Positions 35,919 to 51,478 of a DNA stretch of 57,911 nucleotides are shown here, in pieces. Source of the DNA: Alphaproteobacteria bacterium (GTDB lineage: Bacteria; Pseudomonadota; Alphaproteobacteria; UBA9219); contig JAQUWX010000004.1 in the NCBI GenBank assembly GCA_028692635.1, positions 1 through 57,911 on the forward strand. The letters run 5' to 3'. The number at the start of each line of letters is the position of its first letter. Positions within the stretch are counted from its first letter, which is position 1. Under the pieces are notes generated by a model that was given only the letters and a program-made list of their open reading frames with translations, was not told the DNA's origin and ran no database searches. The position numbers and the translations under genes were made by a program.

Positions 35919-37142
35919 ATGACTGATAATAATGCATTGTTGCCGCGCATAAAAAAAGCTTGGAGGTGTTTATTTACCCCGGCGAGCGATTCCAATGCTT
36001 CTTCCATTTTTGACGGCGCTGTCGCACCCGAAGGGCTTCTTGAGAGGCTTTCCGTTCCCCGCTCTGATAAAGAAATTCAAGGTATTCTTAGCTGCTATGA
36101 AAACAAAACAGGAGGACGCTCACTCATAGTCGTTTCCCCTGAATCTGATAGCGCGATTGCCAGTGCTGGTGCATCAGTGCAGACATCAACACAACTGCTA
36201 AAACATTATCGGTCTAATACTGTTACAATAAAAGAAACGGGCGGCTGTTATTCGTTTGAAGACGACGATGGGCAAACAAATAATTACCGCGCTTATTCCC
36301 TTGGTTGTGGAGGAACCTTATTTATTGAAGCCAACGAAAACGATGTGAACCAACTATTTCGCGACAATATGCGATTTTGTATGGAACAGGCCCGGAAAAT
36401 CGCAGCGCTTGAGGAGAGTATCGTTAAGGTTGGCAATCTGGCAAATATGGATCCTCTAACTAAGGTCTTTAATAGACGTGGCGGTGAGGAAGCTTTCGAA
36501 AGTTTGATGGGCACTGTCAGCAGAAATAACTTTGATTTTCATAACAAGAAAAAGACCGATCCCCTTTGTATCTCTGTAATGTTAATGGATATCGATTACT
36601 TTAAGCGGATAAATGATGAATTGGGACATGATGTTGGTGATCGCGTATTGGAGGCTGTTGCTGCCGCACTTAAAGATGCCAAACGTAATGATGATATGGT
36701 TGTTAGATGGGGGGGTGATGAATTTGTTGTTGCTGGCGCAGTTAAAAGTGATAGGGGCGCCGAAAAGTTTGCTCAAAAAATAATAAATGCAGTTAATAAT
36801 ATAGAACTCCTTGATAAGGATGGCGCTAGGATAAAATTTCCCGATGGTTCCGATCTTCGGATTGGTCTGAGCGTTGGGGTCGCCATGACATGGGATGTCG
36901 ATGGTGGCGTGTTCAAAAAAAATCAGGAAGAAAAAATAGAGAAAGATAATGGCTTTCTTGAAGAGTTATGCGGTGTTGCCGACACTGCTCTTTATCAATC
37001 GAAGAGCACGCGGGGTGATGTTGCAAGGAGTGGGTACACTATTATTTGGGATTACTCGTGTCCTCCTCCCAGAGCTCAGGAGAAAGGAAAACTTTATGTT
37101 CTTTCCCCTACAGGTTCTGCTGCTACTGGCCTAAATTCATAA
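35919..37142 (+). CDS. Diguanylate cyclase (GGDEF) with uncharacterised N-terminal domain
   Basis: The active site RWGGDEFVV has the I-site RNDD five residues upstream. DIDYFKRINDELGHDVGD is also present. Confidence 0.9.
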   Translation: MTDNNALLPRIKKAWRCLFTPASDSNASSIFDGAVAPEGLLERLSVPRSDKEIQGILSCYENKTGGRSLIVVSPESDSAIASAGASVQTSTQLLKHYRSNTVTIKETGGCYSFEDDDGQTNNYRAYSLGCGGTLFIEANENDVNQLFRDNMRFCMEQARKIAALEESIVKVGNLANMDPLTKVFNRRGGEEAFESLMGTVSRNNFDFHNKKKTDPLCISVMLMDIDYFKRINDELGHDVGDRVLEAVAAALKDAKRNDDMVVRWGGDEFVVAGAVKSDRGAEKFAQKIINAVNNIELLDKDGARIKFPDGSDLRIGLSVGVAMTWDVDGGVFKKNQEEKIEKDNGFLEELCGVADTALYQSKSTRGDVARSGYTIIWDYSCPPPRAQEKGKLYVLSPTGSAATGLNS

Positions 37143-37394
37143 CCCACTGATTCTCTCTTTTTGCGCCGCAGCAAAAATTATGGGTGTATTATCGTTAATC
37201 TGCGGCCCAAATTCTCAAAAATCACATAGCCAGAGCCGCCATTTTGGTGCTGAATTATGCTGCGACTGCTCTAAAACGAGGGCAGGGGGATGATAATGAA
37301 AAAATATAGTGGTTCAGGTGAAGGTAAGACTTGACCGGGACGCGATAATCATACAAAAAGCCCCCGGGTTTTAACCACTTTATCTTTGAGCCAC

Positions 37395-38273
37395 ATGCCT
37401 AGTCTTAAGGACCTTAAAAATCGAATTGCAAGCGTGAAATCCACGCGCAAGATAACCTCTGCCATGAAAATGGTTGCGGCCAGCAAATTTCGTCGCGCAC
37501 AGGATCAAGCGGAGTCAGCTCGCCCATATGCCGAGCATATGGAGCGCATGTTAAATTCTCTGGCGAAAAAATTTGCCGGTGAAGAAGGTTCTCCCCGTCT
37601 GATGGTTGGAACGGGTAAGGAGAAAACCGTACTGCTGATCGTCTTTACTTCTGATCGCGGATTGTGCGGTGGTTTTAATTCCAATGCGGTGCGTGAAGCT
37701 CGTCGCATGGTTGGCCAGCTTGTGTCTGAGGGTAAGGACGTTAAGTTGTTCTGCGTCGGTCGCAAGGGTCGCGATCTTCTGCGCCGTGACAATGCCAGTC
37801 GGATTATCGGGATGGTTCCCGCTTTGGCGAAAAAGTATCTGGATTTTTCAAACGCGGATGAGATAAGCAAAACCATCCTTAAGCTGTTTGATGCCGATCA
37901 GTTCGATGTGGCATATATCGTTTATAACAAATTCAAGTCAGTAATTTCGCAGGTCGTAACTTCCAGACAGCTGATTCCTGTGCTGGCCGGAAGCGCATCG
38001 GCTGGAGAAAGCGACGGCTTGTATTATGAGTATGAACCGCAGGGGCAGGAAATTCTTGCCAAGCTGTTGCCGCGCAATCTGTCTGTGCAGATTTTTGGCG
38101 CGATGTTGGAAAGCCTTGCTGGCGAACATGGCGCTCGCATGACTGCCATGGACAACGCCACACGCAATGCGGGAGACATGATTAATAAATTGACGCTCAA
38201 CTATAACCGCAGCCGTCAAGCGTACATCACCAAAGAGCTGATTGAAATCATCTCTGGCGCCGAAGCCGTTTAA
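37395..38273 (+). CDS. atpG: F1 ATP synthase gamma subunit
   Basis: [31 protein letters not shown] and the C-terminal [14 protein letters not shown]. Confidence 0.97.
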   Translation: MPSLKDLKNRIASVKSTRKITSAMKMVAASKFRRAQDQAESARPYAEHMERMLNSLAKKFAGEEGSPRLMVGTGKEKTVLLIVFTSDRGLCGGFNSNAVREARRMVGQLVSEGKDVKLFCVGRKGRDLLRRDNASRIIGMVPALAKKYLDFSNADEISKTILKLFDADQFDVAYIVYNKFKSVISQVVTSRQLIPVLAGSASAGESDGLYYEYEPQGQEILAKLLPRNLSVQIFGAMLESLAGEHGARMTAMDNATRNAGDMINKLTLNYNRSRQAYITKELIEIISGAEAV

Positions 38274-38277
38274 TTAA

Positions 38278-39705
<1,428 letters not shown>

Positions 39706-39722
39706 TCGGGAGCAGCATAGTT

Positions 39723-40145
39723 ATGACGGCACAAATCAAACTGGAACTCGTTTCGCCCGACAAGCTGTTTCTAAGCAGAGACGTTACGCTTGTCACTATG
39801 CCTGGCGATATTGGGTATTTTGGTGTGCTGGCCGGACATGCTCCTGTCATTGCGTCGTTAAGCTCTGGAGTTGTTGAGATAAATGACAATAACGTATCGG
39901 AAGTTTCCGAGCGCATTTTCATCGAAGGCGGCTTTGCCAGAATTACAAATGAGAAATGCATCCTTCTCGCGGAAGGCCCTGTGCCGGTTAAAGATATTGA
40001 CCGCACTGAGGTAGAGAAGGAAATAAATGCATTGATTGAAGACATCGCCAACCTCTCGGAGAAAGAGGAAGGCAAGCGCTCTGGCATGGAGACTCGTTTG
40101 GCTATCGTAAAGGCCAAGCTGGAAGCTGCTATCCACCGGGCATAA
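39723..40145 (+). CDS. atpC: F1 ATP synthase epsilon subunit
   Basis: 140 aa, located directly after atpD, with an epsilon-like N-terminal beta domain sequence. Confidence 0.9.
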   Translation: MTAQIKLELVSPDKLFLSRDVTLVTMPGDIGYFGVLAGHAPVIASLSSGVVEINDNNVSEVSERIFIEGGFARITNEKCILLAEGPVPVKDIDRTEVEKEINALIEDIANLSEKEEGKRSGMETRLAIVKAKLEAAIHRA

Positions 40146-40212
40146 GCCTGTATTTCCCACTTTTGGCACGCCAGTTGCAGATATAGCTGTGTAGCGCAGC
40201 TATAAGCATATC

Positions 40213-41196
40213 TTGCTATGGGGGAATAGGGTTTTGGTTACTACTATTGGCAGCATATCTTCGGAAAATACCGTTGCAAATCAGTCTGTTGGCCTGACCA
40301 GTCGCGTTGCCTCAGCCATAAAGCAGGCCAGCGTCCAGTCTGGGGTAGATTTTTCCTATCTGATGAACAAAGCCAATCAGGAAAGCAGCTTCAATCCCAA
40401 CGCCAAGGCCAAATCCAGCTCTGCCACGGGGTTATTCCAGTTCATCGAGCAGACATGGCTGCAAGTCATTAAGGCGTATGGAGGCAAGTACGGCCTGGAT
40501 CAGGTTGCAAGCCGCATTTCTGTCGATAGCAGCGGAGTTGCCCGCGTAAGCGATCAGGAGTCTCGTTTAGCTATACTCAATCTTCGCAAGGACCCGGAAG
40601 TGTCCGCTAAAATGGCGGCGGAGCTTGCTAATGAAAACTGCGAGAAGCTTAAAGGCGCGGTTGGCGGCAAAATAGGCGCCACCGAGCTATACCTGGCCCA
40701 TTTTCTAGGAGTTAACGGCGCAGCTACCTTCATCAAGGAAATGCGCGCAAATCCGAATGCAGTTGCGGCGGATTATCTACCTACGGCGGCGGCAGCGAAC
40801 AGCAAAGTATTTTACGACAAAGAGGGCCAGCCGCGCACTTGCGCTCAAATATACAAACAGTTTGCCAAAAAATTTGAAGGCAACGACGCGATCATGACAG
40901 GGAACATAGTTATGACGGCTGATGCAGGCGGCGCAACCGGAGCTGCGGCGAATTATAACTTTGCCAGCAATTCTATTGCTCGTTTATCTGGGCTGGCGTC
41001 TCCGGGATCAAGCTATACGCCGTCGGTGGCAAACAGCTTCCAAGCCGACGAGACGAGCAGCACATATTTTACAGCGATGCTGATGGCTCAAATGAACCAG
41101 GACAGCATGAGCGTTCTTTCTTCTTCCTCTGATAATACATCCTCAGGCATACAACGCAAAAGAGACAGCCTATCCAGCCTGAGCCTTGCGAGTTAA
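40213..41196 (+). CDS. SLT-domain-like (lytic transglycosylase-like) protein. Start uncertain.
   Basis: The segment NQESSFNPNAKAKSSSATGLFQFIEQTW resembles the SLT catalytic-Glu region. The C-terminal half is low complexity. Confidence 0.6.
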   Translation: MLWGNRVLVTTIGSISSENTVANQSVGLTSRVASAIKQASVQSGVDFSYLMNKANQESSFNPNAKAKSSSATGLFQFIEQTWLQVIKAYGGKYGLDQVASRISVDSSGVARVSDQESRLAILNLRKDPEVSAKMAAELANENCEKLKGAVGGKIGATELYLAHFLGVNGAATFIKEMRANPNAVAADYLPTAAAANSKVFYDKEGQPRTCAQIYKQFAKKFEGNDAIMTGNIVMTADAGGATGAAANYNFASNSIARLSGLASPGSSYTPSVANSFQADETSSTYFTAMLMAQMNQDSMSVLSSSSDNTSSGIQRKRDSLSSLSLAS

Positions 41197-42683
41197 TCTC
41201 GCATGGCGGTTTCTGCGGCTGCCATCATGCCACGAGCTTTTGCCGCGCATTCGCGATATTCGGATTGAGGGTCGCTGTCGTAGACTATGCCAGCGCCCAC
41301 CTGCACATGCATGACGCCGTCTTTGATAACCGCAGTTCGAATGGCAATGCAGCTATCCATGCTGCCGTTCGCGCCGAAGTATCCTATGCATCCCGCATAT
41401 ATGCCGCGTTTGTCCGGCTCCAGCTCCGCAATAATCTCCATAGCTCGTATCTTTGGAGCGCCGCTCACGGTTCCTGCTGGAAATCCCGCCATTAAAGCGT
41501 CAAGCGTGTCGCATTCATCTTTAAGCTCGCCCTCTACATTCGAGACTATATGCATAACGTGCTTATATTTCTCGATATCGTTTCTGGCAGTTACCTTCAC
41601 AGTGCCGATCTTTGATACTTTACCAACATCGTTGCGCCCCAGATCGACCAGCATAAGATGCTCGGCCAGTTCTTTAGGGTCAGCCAGCAGTTCTTTTTCA
41701 AGCTCTGCATCGCTGCGATTGCTGGCCCCTCCACGGGGGCGAGTTCCTGCAATTGGGCGTATAGTCACTTTACCATCGCGCACGCGCACCAGAATTTCCG
41801 GGCTACTCCCTACGATGGAGAAATCCTTCATATTGAAGAAATATAAAAACGGAGATGGATCAAGCCTGCGTATAGCCCGATAAAGATTGAACGGAGGAGG
41901 CGTGAACGGCTGACTGAACCGCTGAGACAGCACAAGCTGGAAAGCATCTCCTGCGCGGATATATTCCTTGCCGCGCTCAACCATTCTTACATATCCGGCC
42001 TCGTCCATATTGCTGCGTGCGGCTGGGATAGCCTTTGGAGCCTTCACAGGCTGGATCGGCAGAGCTTTATTGAGATCTTCCAGCGCTTTCTCCAGCAAAG
42101 CTGTAGCGGCAGCGTACGCAGCCTCGGCAGTAGTGTTTTTATCAAACCAAACCGGAGTAACCAGATTAAACCGGTTCTCGATCTGATCGAATATAGCAAG
42201 CAGAGTAGGGCGCAAAAGCACGGAATCCGGGACGCTGTAATTAGCAGGAGCGGATGAGGGGATATTCTCTATCTGTCGAGCCATATCATAGCCAAGATAA
42301 CCGAACATGCCGGAAGCCATGGGCAGGGGCTGATCGGGAACGTCTATCCTGCACTCAGAAAGCAGAGCGCGAAGGTCCTCTAAAGGAGATAGCGATGAGG
42401 CAGTGAACGCATCGAGATCGCGCAGGGCGTTGCGGTTGACCTCAGCCTTACCGTCATTGCATCTCCAGATAACATCCGGGTCTCGACCGATAATCGAATA
42501 GCGTCCGCGTATATCTCCGCCTTCTATGGATTCCAGAAGAAAGGCATAAGGATCTCCCTTGCCAAGCTTGAGCATAGCGGATACTGGAGTCTCAAGATCG
42601 TTAACCAGCCCGGTACTTACCGTCTGGTTTTTGCCGGAGCGCCAGACGCGAGAGAACTGCTGAAAATCAGGAGTAAGGATCAT
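41193..42683 (-). CDS. trpE: Anthranilate synthase component I
   Basis: 496 aa with chorismate-binding-enzyme C-terminal motifs (GAPKIRAMEII, IGYFGANGSMDSCIAIRT). Confidence 0.93.
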   Translation of the reverse strand: MILTPDFQQFSRVWRSGKNQTVSTGLVNDLETPVSAMLKLGKGDPYAFLLESIEGGDIRGRYSIIGRDPDVIWRCNDGKAEVNRNALRDLDAFTASSLSPLEDLRALLSECRIDVPDQPLPMASGMFGYLGYDMARQIENIPSSAPANYSVPDSVLLRPTLLAIFDQIENRFNLVTPVWFDKNTTAEAAYAAATALLEKALEDLNKALPIQPVKAPKAIPAARSNMDEAGYVRMVERGKEYIRAGDAFQLVLSQRFSQPFTPPPFNLYRAIRRLDPSPFLYFFNMKDFSIVGSSPEILVRVRDGKVTIRPIAGTRPRGGASNRSDAELEKELLADPKELAEHLMLVDLGRNDVGKVSKIGTVKVTARNDIEKYKHVMHIVSNVEGELKDECDTLDALMAGFPAGTVSGAPKIRAMEIIAELEPDKRGIYAGCIGYFGANGSMDSCIAIRTAVIKDGVMHVQVGAGIVYDSDPQSEYRECAAKARGMMAAAETAMRD

Positions 42684-44575
42684 CCGTTATCCTGATTGCG
42701 CAGCATATCCATCATATCCTTATGGATTTTGACGGGAAACACCTTGCGCAGATTTTTCGAGTATTGTTCCAGAATGTCCATGGGCATCTGATCTTCAAAA
42801 TCATCGATGACTTTCCGTTTTCCTTCATCGGGATTTTTGGGATCGACCTGGATGATATCTGCCAACCTGAGCACATATTGCTTGTCCGGGGTGGATGACG
42901 TTAAGACATCTCCTCTTTGCATCCGCACTACCTGTTTAAGAATGGTCTTGGGGATGTTGTTGTCGGTATCTCCCAGGAGAGTTATTGGTTTTGACAATCT
43001 TACGTCAACTCCAGGGCGAACCGCGAAGCTGGTCGCGGTTTTGCCGTTGCGCATTTCCTGAGCGATCTTTTCAGCGCTCTCCATGGCTTTCTTTGCCTGT
43101 TCATCTGTGCTCCATGCAGCGAGCACCTGCTTCTTCACCAGATCGTAGGGGCGCAACTGGCTTGCAGTCACGTCCTCAGTGCGGACTACGATATAGTCGC
43201 TCCCGGTTTCTTTTTTATCCTCGATGACCTGGCTTGTTTCTCCGGCAGCCTGTCCAAATGCTGCGCGAAGGACATCCTTTTCGGCGGGAAGCTCTGTCGT
43301 CGGTTTGTTGTCAGGGTCGATACCGTTAGCATCTATTGCAGGGATTTTTATAAGACGCATCTTCAAACTATCCGCAATATCCTCCAGCGATTTTCCGGCA
43401 GCCAGAGCGTCGTCAAGCTGATTGACGGCGCGAGTTATGCCATCCACCGCCTGCTCGTTTTGCAATTGAGCGCGAAGCTTATCCTTTACATCCGCAAAGG
43501 TAGGTTCAGTCGCGGGATATATCTTTTTGATTCGCAGAACATGCCATCCAAGATCGGTTTTTATAGGATCGGACACCTGCTTATCTTTTAGCTTTAAGCC
43601 CGCCTCGTAAAGCTCTGGAACTATAGAGTTTTCTTCTTTGTGATTAAGTGTAATCACGTCCAAGCCCTTGCTTTTGGCAATTTTGATGAAATCGCCGTTA
43701 TTTTTGACTAATTCGACGATTTCTTTCGCTTTTGCCTCGTCCTGAAGGACTATTTGCTCCAAATCACGCTGTTCCGGCTGCGCGAATTCGGACTTCTTGC
43801 TTTCATAGGCGGTTTTAAGATCGTCGTCGGTTACGGAAACATCTTTTGCCATATCGGTAGTCGAGAGTTTAGCGATTGTGATGTTCCTATATTCCGGAGC
43901 AGTAAACTTGCTTGCGTTTTTCTCATGGAACTTCTGCAACGTAGCGTCGTCTGGAGCTGCCAGATTAGCGATGCTGGAATTTTCAAGAGTAAGCACTTCA
44001 AGAATGCGCTTCTGTCCGCGAGCCATATAAAGATTATCGATCATGGACGCCGGAGCTGTAGTGTTTGCGGTCAGAGCTTTAAATAGTTGTCTTCTTGCTT
44101 CTTCGCGCTTTTCATTCTGCATAAACTGCTCTTCGTTTACGCCATTCTGCCGCAGAAACATCTCCCACAGTTGTTTGTTGAAGTTGCCATCCTTGTCGCG
44201 GAAATTCGGCAAAGAGGCCAGTTTTCCGAGTATGAACTGGTTGCTCACGGAAATTCCAAGACGCTTTATTTCCTGGTCGAATTCGACCCGTTCGATCAGC
44301 ATGTTGAGCGCACGATCCATAACGCCCATTTGTCTGGCTTGTTGCGTAGTCAGCTCGGGGCCAAAAGTCCTGCGAGCTTCAAGCATGCTTTTCTGGAACT
44401 CCATTTCAATATCCTGAACCGTGACGGATACGGCTCCAGCCTTGGCGACTTCTCTCTGCTGGGGGTTGCCGCGAAAAATATCGCCAATCCCCCAAACGGC
44501 GAAACTGACGATCAGCAGGCCCATTAAGGTTTTGAATGTCCAGGACTTGCCCAGATCGCGCATTATTTGCAGCAT
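42680..44575 (-). CDS. ppiD: Periplasmic chaperone / peptidyl-prolyl isomerase PpiD
   Basis: N-terminal TM anchor MLQIMRDLGKSWTFKTLMGLLIVSFAVWGIGDIF, a SurA_N-like region and a parvulin segment (DLGWH). Overlaps trpE by 4 nt. Confidence 0.88.
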   Translation of the reverse strand: MLQIMRDLGKSWTFKTLMGLLIVSFAVWGIGDIFRGNPQQREVAKAGAVSVTVQDIEMEFQKSMLEARRTFGPELTTQQARQMGVMDRALNMLIERVEFDQEIKRLGISVSNQFILGKLASLPNFRDKDGNFNKQLWEMFLRQNGVNEEQFMQNEKREEARRQLFKALTANTTAPASMIDNLYMARGQKRILEVLTLENSSIANLAAPDDATLQKFHEKNASKFTAPEYRNITIAKLSTTDMAKDVSVTDDDLKTAYESKKSEFAQPEQRDLEQIVLQDEAKAKEIVELVKNNGDFIKIAKSKGLDVITLNHKEENSIVPELYEAGLKLKDKQVSDPIKTDLGWHVLRIKKIYPATEPTFADVKDKLRAQLQNEQAVDGITRAVNQLDDALAAGKSLEDIADSLKMRLIKIPAIDANGIDPDNKPTTELPAEKDVLRAAFGQAAGETSQVIEDKKETGSDYIVVRTEDVTASQLRPYDLVKKQVLAAWSTDEQAKKAMESAEKIAQEMRNGKTATSFAVRPGVDVRLSKPITLLGDTDNNIPKTILKQVVRMQRGDVLTSSTPDKQYVLRLADIIQVDPKNPDEGKRKVIDDFEDQMPMDILEQYSKNLRKVFPVKIHKDMMDMLRNQDNG

Positions 44576-44695
44576 GGAGTATTCCTTCGATTGTCTGTTT
44601 TCGAAATCAACGAGGCATGATAAAAGGCAAGTTACCTATTCGCAACAAGCATATATCTTTTAATGTCGAATCCACGATAACCAAGGTCTTAAATC

Positions 44696-45448
44696 ATGGC
44701 AAAACGTCGCAAACTGGTTGTGGGTAACTGGAAAATGAATGGGCGTCTTACCTCTGGTTTGACGCTGGCGAAGGATTTGGCGGATAAAGCGCTGGCGGAA
44801 AGACCTCTTTCCTACGATCTTGTGATATGTCCTCCAGCATCGTTGCTATGGCCGGTGGCAGAGACAATTATGGGTTCTCCCGTGCTTTTAGGCGCTCAGG
44901 ATTGCCACAGAGCTAACCACGGAGCCTATACCGGCGATATAAGCGCGGGAATGCTGGCAGATTTGGGATGTCGCTATGTCATTTTGGGGCACTCAGAGCG
45001 TCGCAACGGCCACGGGGAGACGGGGGCCGAGGTGGCTGCAAAGGTCACTGCCGGGCATCTGGCGGGGTTAACCACCATAGTATGTGTCGGAGAGACTCAA
45101 GACCAGCGCATGAGCGGCAAAACTGAAGAAGTCATAACCGAGCAAATCACATCCTCGCTTCCGGACAAGTACCAGGTATCGAGTCTTGTCATAGCATATG
45201 AGCCTGTGTGGGCCATAGGCAGCGGCGAGCAACCGGAAGTCGGAGTCGTGAGGCAAGTTAACAAACTGATTCGCAAAGTATTGGGTTCTGTAGGTGAGGT
45301 GGTGCAGGTTTTGTACGGAGGGTCTGTTGCTCCGCAGAACGCAGAATCTTTATTTGCCGAACCGGAGATTGACGGAGTGCTCGTCGGCGCCGCCAGTCTA
45401 AACAGCGACGGCTTCTGGGCCATCGCTGAAAAGGCGCGGTTATACTGA
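44696..45448 (+). CDS. tpiA: Triosephosphate isomerase
   Basis: VVGNWKMNG, ILGHSERR and AYEPVWAIGSG. Confidence 0.96.
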   Translation: MAKRRKLVVGNWKMNGRLTSGLTLAKDLADKALAERPLSYDLVICPPASLLWPVAETIMGSPVLLGAQDCHRANHGAYTGDISAGMLADLGCRYVILGHSERRNGHGETGAEVAAKVTAGHLAGLTTIVCVGETQDQRMSGKTEEVITEQITSSLPDKYQVSSLVIAYEPVWAIGSGEQPEVGVVRQVNKLIRKVLGSVGEVVQVLYGGSVAPQNAESLFAEPEIDGVLVGAASLNSDGFWAIAEKARLY

Positions 45449-46345
45449 CAGCATTATTTCCAAATTCTGCACAGCAGCGCCTGAAGCGCCTTTGCCGAGA
45501 TTGTCCAGTCGTGCGACGAGCAGAGTTTGCTCAAGATCGTTTGCATAGACATATAGCTCCATGACATTTGTATCGTTTAAAGCATCGGGGGAAAGGCCGC
45601 AGTCCGGCGCTTCCGACTGATTGAACGGCATGACTTTGACGCAGGATTGTCCTGCATAGTGATCGGTAAAAGCTGCGTGGAGCTTCTCTGCTGGCAGGGA
45701 GTGTACCGGTATTTCAATCAGCATTCCCTGTTTCATGTGCCCTACATATGACGGCATAAACAGCGGAGCCTGTTTTAATCCGGAGTACTTAACGATCTCT
45801 GGCAAGTGTTTATGCTTTCCTCCCAATCCGTAGAGCCGGAAAGCAGGTTTTGATGAATCGCTTTCGCAGCGTTCTATAAGAGCGTTTCCTCCGCCCGAGT
45901 ATCCCGAAATACCGCATATCGAAACCGGATAGTCGGAAGGCATAAGCCCACGGCTTATCAGGGGGTGCAAAAGAGCTATGGCTCCGGTTGCATAGCATCC
46001 GGGATTTGACACTCGAGAGGCGCTGCGGATTTTGTCTTTTTGCCCGGTCGCCAGCTCGGGAAAGCCATACACCCATCCAGGAGCTATCCTGTGGGCTGTG
46101 CTCGCGTCCAGAACCCGCACATTAGGGTTTTCTATTAACCCTACGGCCTCTATGGCGGCGTCGTCCGGCAGGCACAGTATGGCCAGATCCACGCTGTTAA
46201 GGAGTCGTTTTCGTTCTCCCACATCCTTGCGTTTATTAACATTAATTCCGACCAGCTCAATATCGTTACGATCAGACAAATGTTCCCGGATTTTAAGGCC
46301 CGTAGTGCCGGACTCGCCGTCTATGAATATGCGTGGTTTGTTCAT
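45440..46345 (-). CDS. argC: N-acetyl-gamma-glutamyl-phosphate reductase (short type-2 form)
   Basis: IFIDGESGTTGLKI at the N-terminus, active-site NPGCYATG, and 301 aa. Confidence 0.9.
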   Translation of the reverse strand: MNKPRIFIDGESGTTGLKIREHLSDRNDIELVGINVNKRKDVGERKRLLNSVDLAILCLPDDAAIEAVGLIENPNVRVLDASTAHRIAPGWVYGFPELATGQKDKIRSASRVSNPGCYATGAIALLHPLISRGLMPSDYPVSICGISGYSGGGNALIERCESDSSKPAFRLYGLGGKHKHLPEIVKYSGLKQAPLFMPSYVGHMKQGMLIEIPVHSLPAEKLHAAFTDHYAGQSCVKVMPFNQSEAPDCGLSPDALNDTNVMELYVYANDLEQTLLVARLDNLGKGASGAAVQNLEIMLSV

Positions 46346-46483
46346 TAGGCTCTCATTTTTAAAACACGGTCTAGCGTTGTAAGCATAATTGCTCTAATAG
46401 GTAATCGCCATATCAAATATGCACCCATCTTATGGATTCGCAGGTGGTCGCAAGGATTAAAAGATTTAATTAAGGGGAATGTC

Positions 46484-48509
<2,026 letters not shown>

Positions 48510-48516
48510 GGCATTT

Positions 48517-49095
48517 TTACTTCAAGTGCTCAAGCCGGGTTATCTTTGTGCCGATGTACTTTGCGTTATGCGGGTTTTCCGCTGTCCATATGGAGATGCG
48601 CTCCGCTATTTTAATTCCGGCATCTTCCAGCGCTTTTATCTTTTTCTGATTGTTGGTGAGCAGCCGCAGGCTTGATATGCCAAAGTGTTTAAGTATATCG
48701 ATTGCCGGAGCATAGTCTCGATCGTCCACCGGAAAGCCGAGATGGATATTCGCTGCCGCTGTATCCATTCCCTGATCCTGAAGAGCATACGCTTTGATCT
48801 TGTTAACAAGCCCTATGCCGCGTCCTTCGTGGCCGCGCATATATATCAACATGCCGGAGCCTTCGGCTGCGATTTTCTTCATCGATAGGATAAGTTGATC
48901 TCTGCAATCGCAGCGCAGGGAGCCAAGAATATCTCCGGTGGCGCATTCAGAGTGAATTCTGACAATGCAGCCATTATCGGGATTTCCCATAACCATAACC
49001 ATATACTCCGTGCCCTTTTCGTCGGTGAAAATGTGCAGGATGAAATCCCCAGCGATTGTGGGCAAAGCGGATTGCGACTGATGAGTTGCGGTCAT
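48517..49095 (-). CDS. ribA: GTP cyclohydrolase II
   Basis: RIHSECATGDILGSLRCDCRDQL and GHEGRGIGL. Confidence 0.92.
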   Translation of the reverse strand: MTATHQSQSALPTIAGDFILHIFTDEKGTEYMVMVMGNPDNGCIVRIHSECATGDILGSLRCDCRDQLILSMKKIAAEGSGMLIYMRGHEGRGIGLVNKIKAYALQDQGMDTAAANIHLGFPVDDRDYAPAIDILKHFGISSLRLLTNNQKKIKALEDAGIKIAERISIWTAENPHNAKYIGTKITRLEHLK

Positions 49096-50126
49096 TTTGT
49101 TTCACATTCAATTTTGTTTTCTGATGTAATCATGTTTTCAATCCTCCAATTGGCAGGATCGAATGGTATAAATAGATCAGAGTTCAATGCAGTCTTTATT
49201 TTGTCCGTGGAGTTTTCCGCAACGCGCTCTATATCGACAAGCATATTCCAGAAACCAGCGTCGAGCGCAGATTGCGACAGAGACGGTCCGGCTTCAACCA
49301 AAATCTCTCTGACCCCCAGTTTGAAAAGGTCTTCCTGCGCTGTTTTGATATCGTCATAAACAATAGGATCGAGTCCGCGCTCTTTTGCAGCCTCAAGATA
49401 GCTTTGAGGCACGCGCCTCCGCCTATCCAGAATTGCCAGGAATCGCCTTTTGCCGGGATAATCGGAAATCAGGCGCACGGTGAACAGAGGATTATCGGAA
49501 AGGATAGTCTCGCTTCCTGTAAGAATGGCGTCCGCTCGCTTGCGTAGCTTATGGGCCAGAAGCAGAGACGATGGAGAAGTAAAAGTTTTCTGTCCGTCTT
49601 CCGGGATCATCGATCCGTCCGGGTTGAAGGCTCGCTTGATAGTGATCCACGGAATGCCGGTTTTCATAGAATATGAGAAAGCGTAAATCAGTTGCAGACA
49701 TAAGGATTCTTCTATCCCACAGGTTACATTAATTCCCTCTGCCTGAAGTCGCTCGAGGCCTCCTCCGACAACGAATGGATTGGGATCGCGAGTCCCCACG
49801 GCTATGTTCTTTATGCCGGAACGCAATATAGCTTCTGTGCAGGGAGGGTTATGGCCGTGGTGGTTGCAAGGCTCAAGAGTGACGCAAAGCGTGTGGACCC
49901 TGTCTAAAACCCCTTTTTCGCGGCAGATTTCTATAAGAGCGGCCTCGGCATGGGGGGTTTTCTCACGTTTATGGGCCGCTACGGCCAGTATTTGTCCCTC
50001 ACGGTCCAGGGCAACAGCCCCCACTGGAGGGTTGGGAGAAGTAGCCCCAATCCATCCTCTGGCCTCATCGGCGGCGCGTCGCATAGCGCTGGACAGAACG
50101 CGTTTAGAGAGATATTTCATTACCAT
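49092..50126 (-). CDS. ribD: Bifunctional riboflavin deaminase/reductase
   Basis: Deaminase zinc motifs HAEA and LEPCNHHGHNPPC, plus a C-terminal reductase domain. 4-nt overlap with ribA. Confidence 0.9.
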   Translation of the reverse strand: MVMKYLSKRVLSSAMRRAADEARGWIGATSPNPPVGAVALDREGQILAVAAHKREKTPHAEAALIEICREKGVLDRVHTLCVTLEPCNHHGHNPPCTEAILRSGIKNIAVGTRDPNPFVVGGGLERLQAEGINVTCGIEESLCLQLIYAFSYSMKTGIPWITIKRAFNPDGSMIPEDGQKTFTSPSSLLLAHKLRKRADAILTGSETILSDNPLFTVRLISDYPGKRRFLAILDRRRRVPQSYLEAAKERGLDPIVYDDIKTAQEDLFKLGVREILVEAGPSLSQSALDAGFWNMLVDIERVAENSTDKIKTALNSDLFIPFDPANWRIENMITSENKIECETK

Positions 50127-50173
50127 AAGATATTGTGTTATAGCCTGAATTGCCTAAAAGCAACTCCTCATAA

Positions 50174-51463
<1,290 letters not shown>

Positions 51464-51478
51464 ATTATAGGCAGGAGC

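Noticed and set aside
40183-40203. Hairpin ATAGCTG-N7-CAGCTAT after atpC as a terminator
   Set aside because: No U-tract follows it, which is too weak to annotate.
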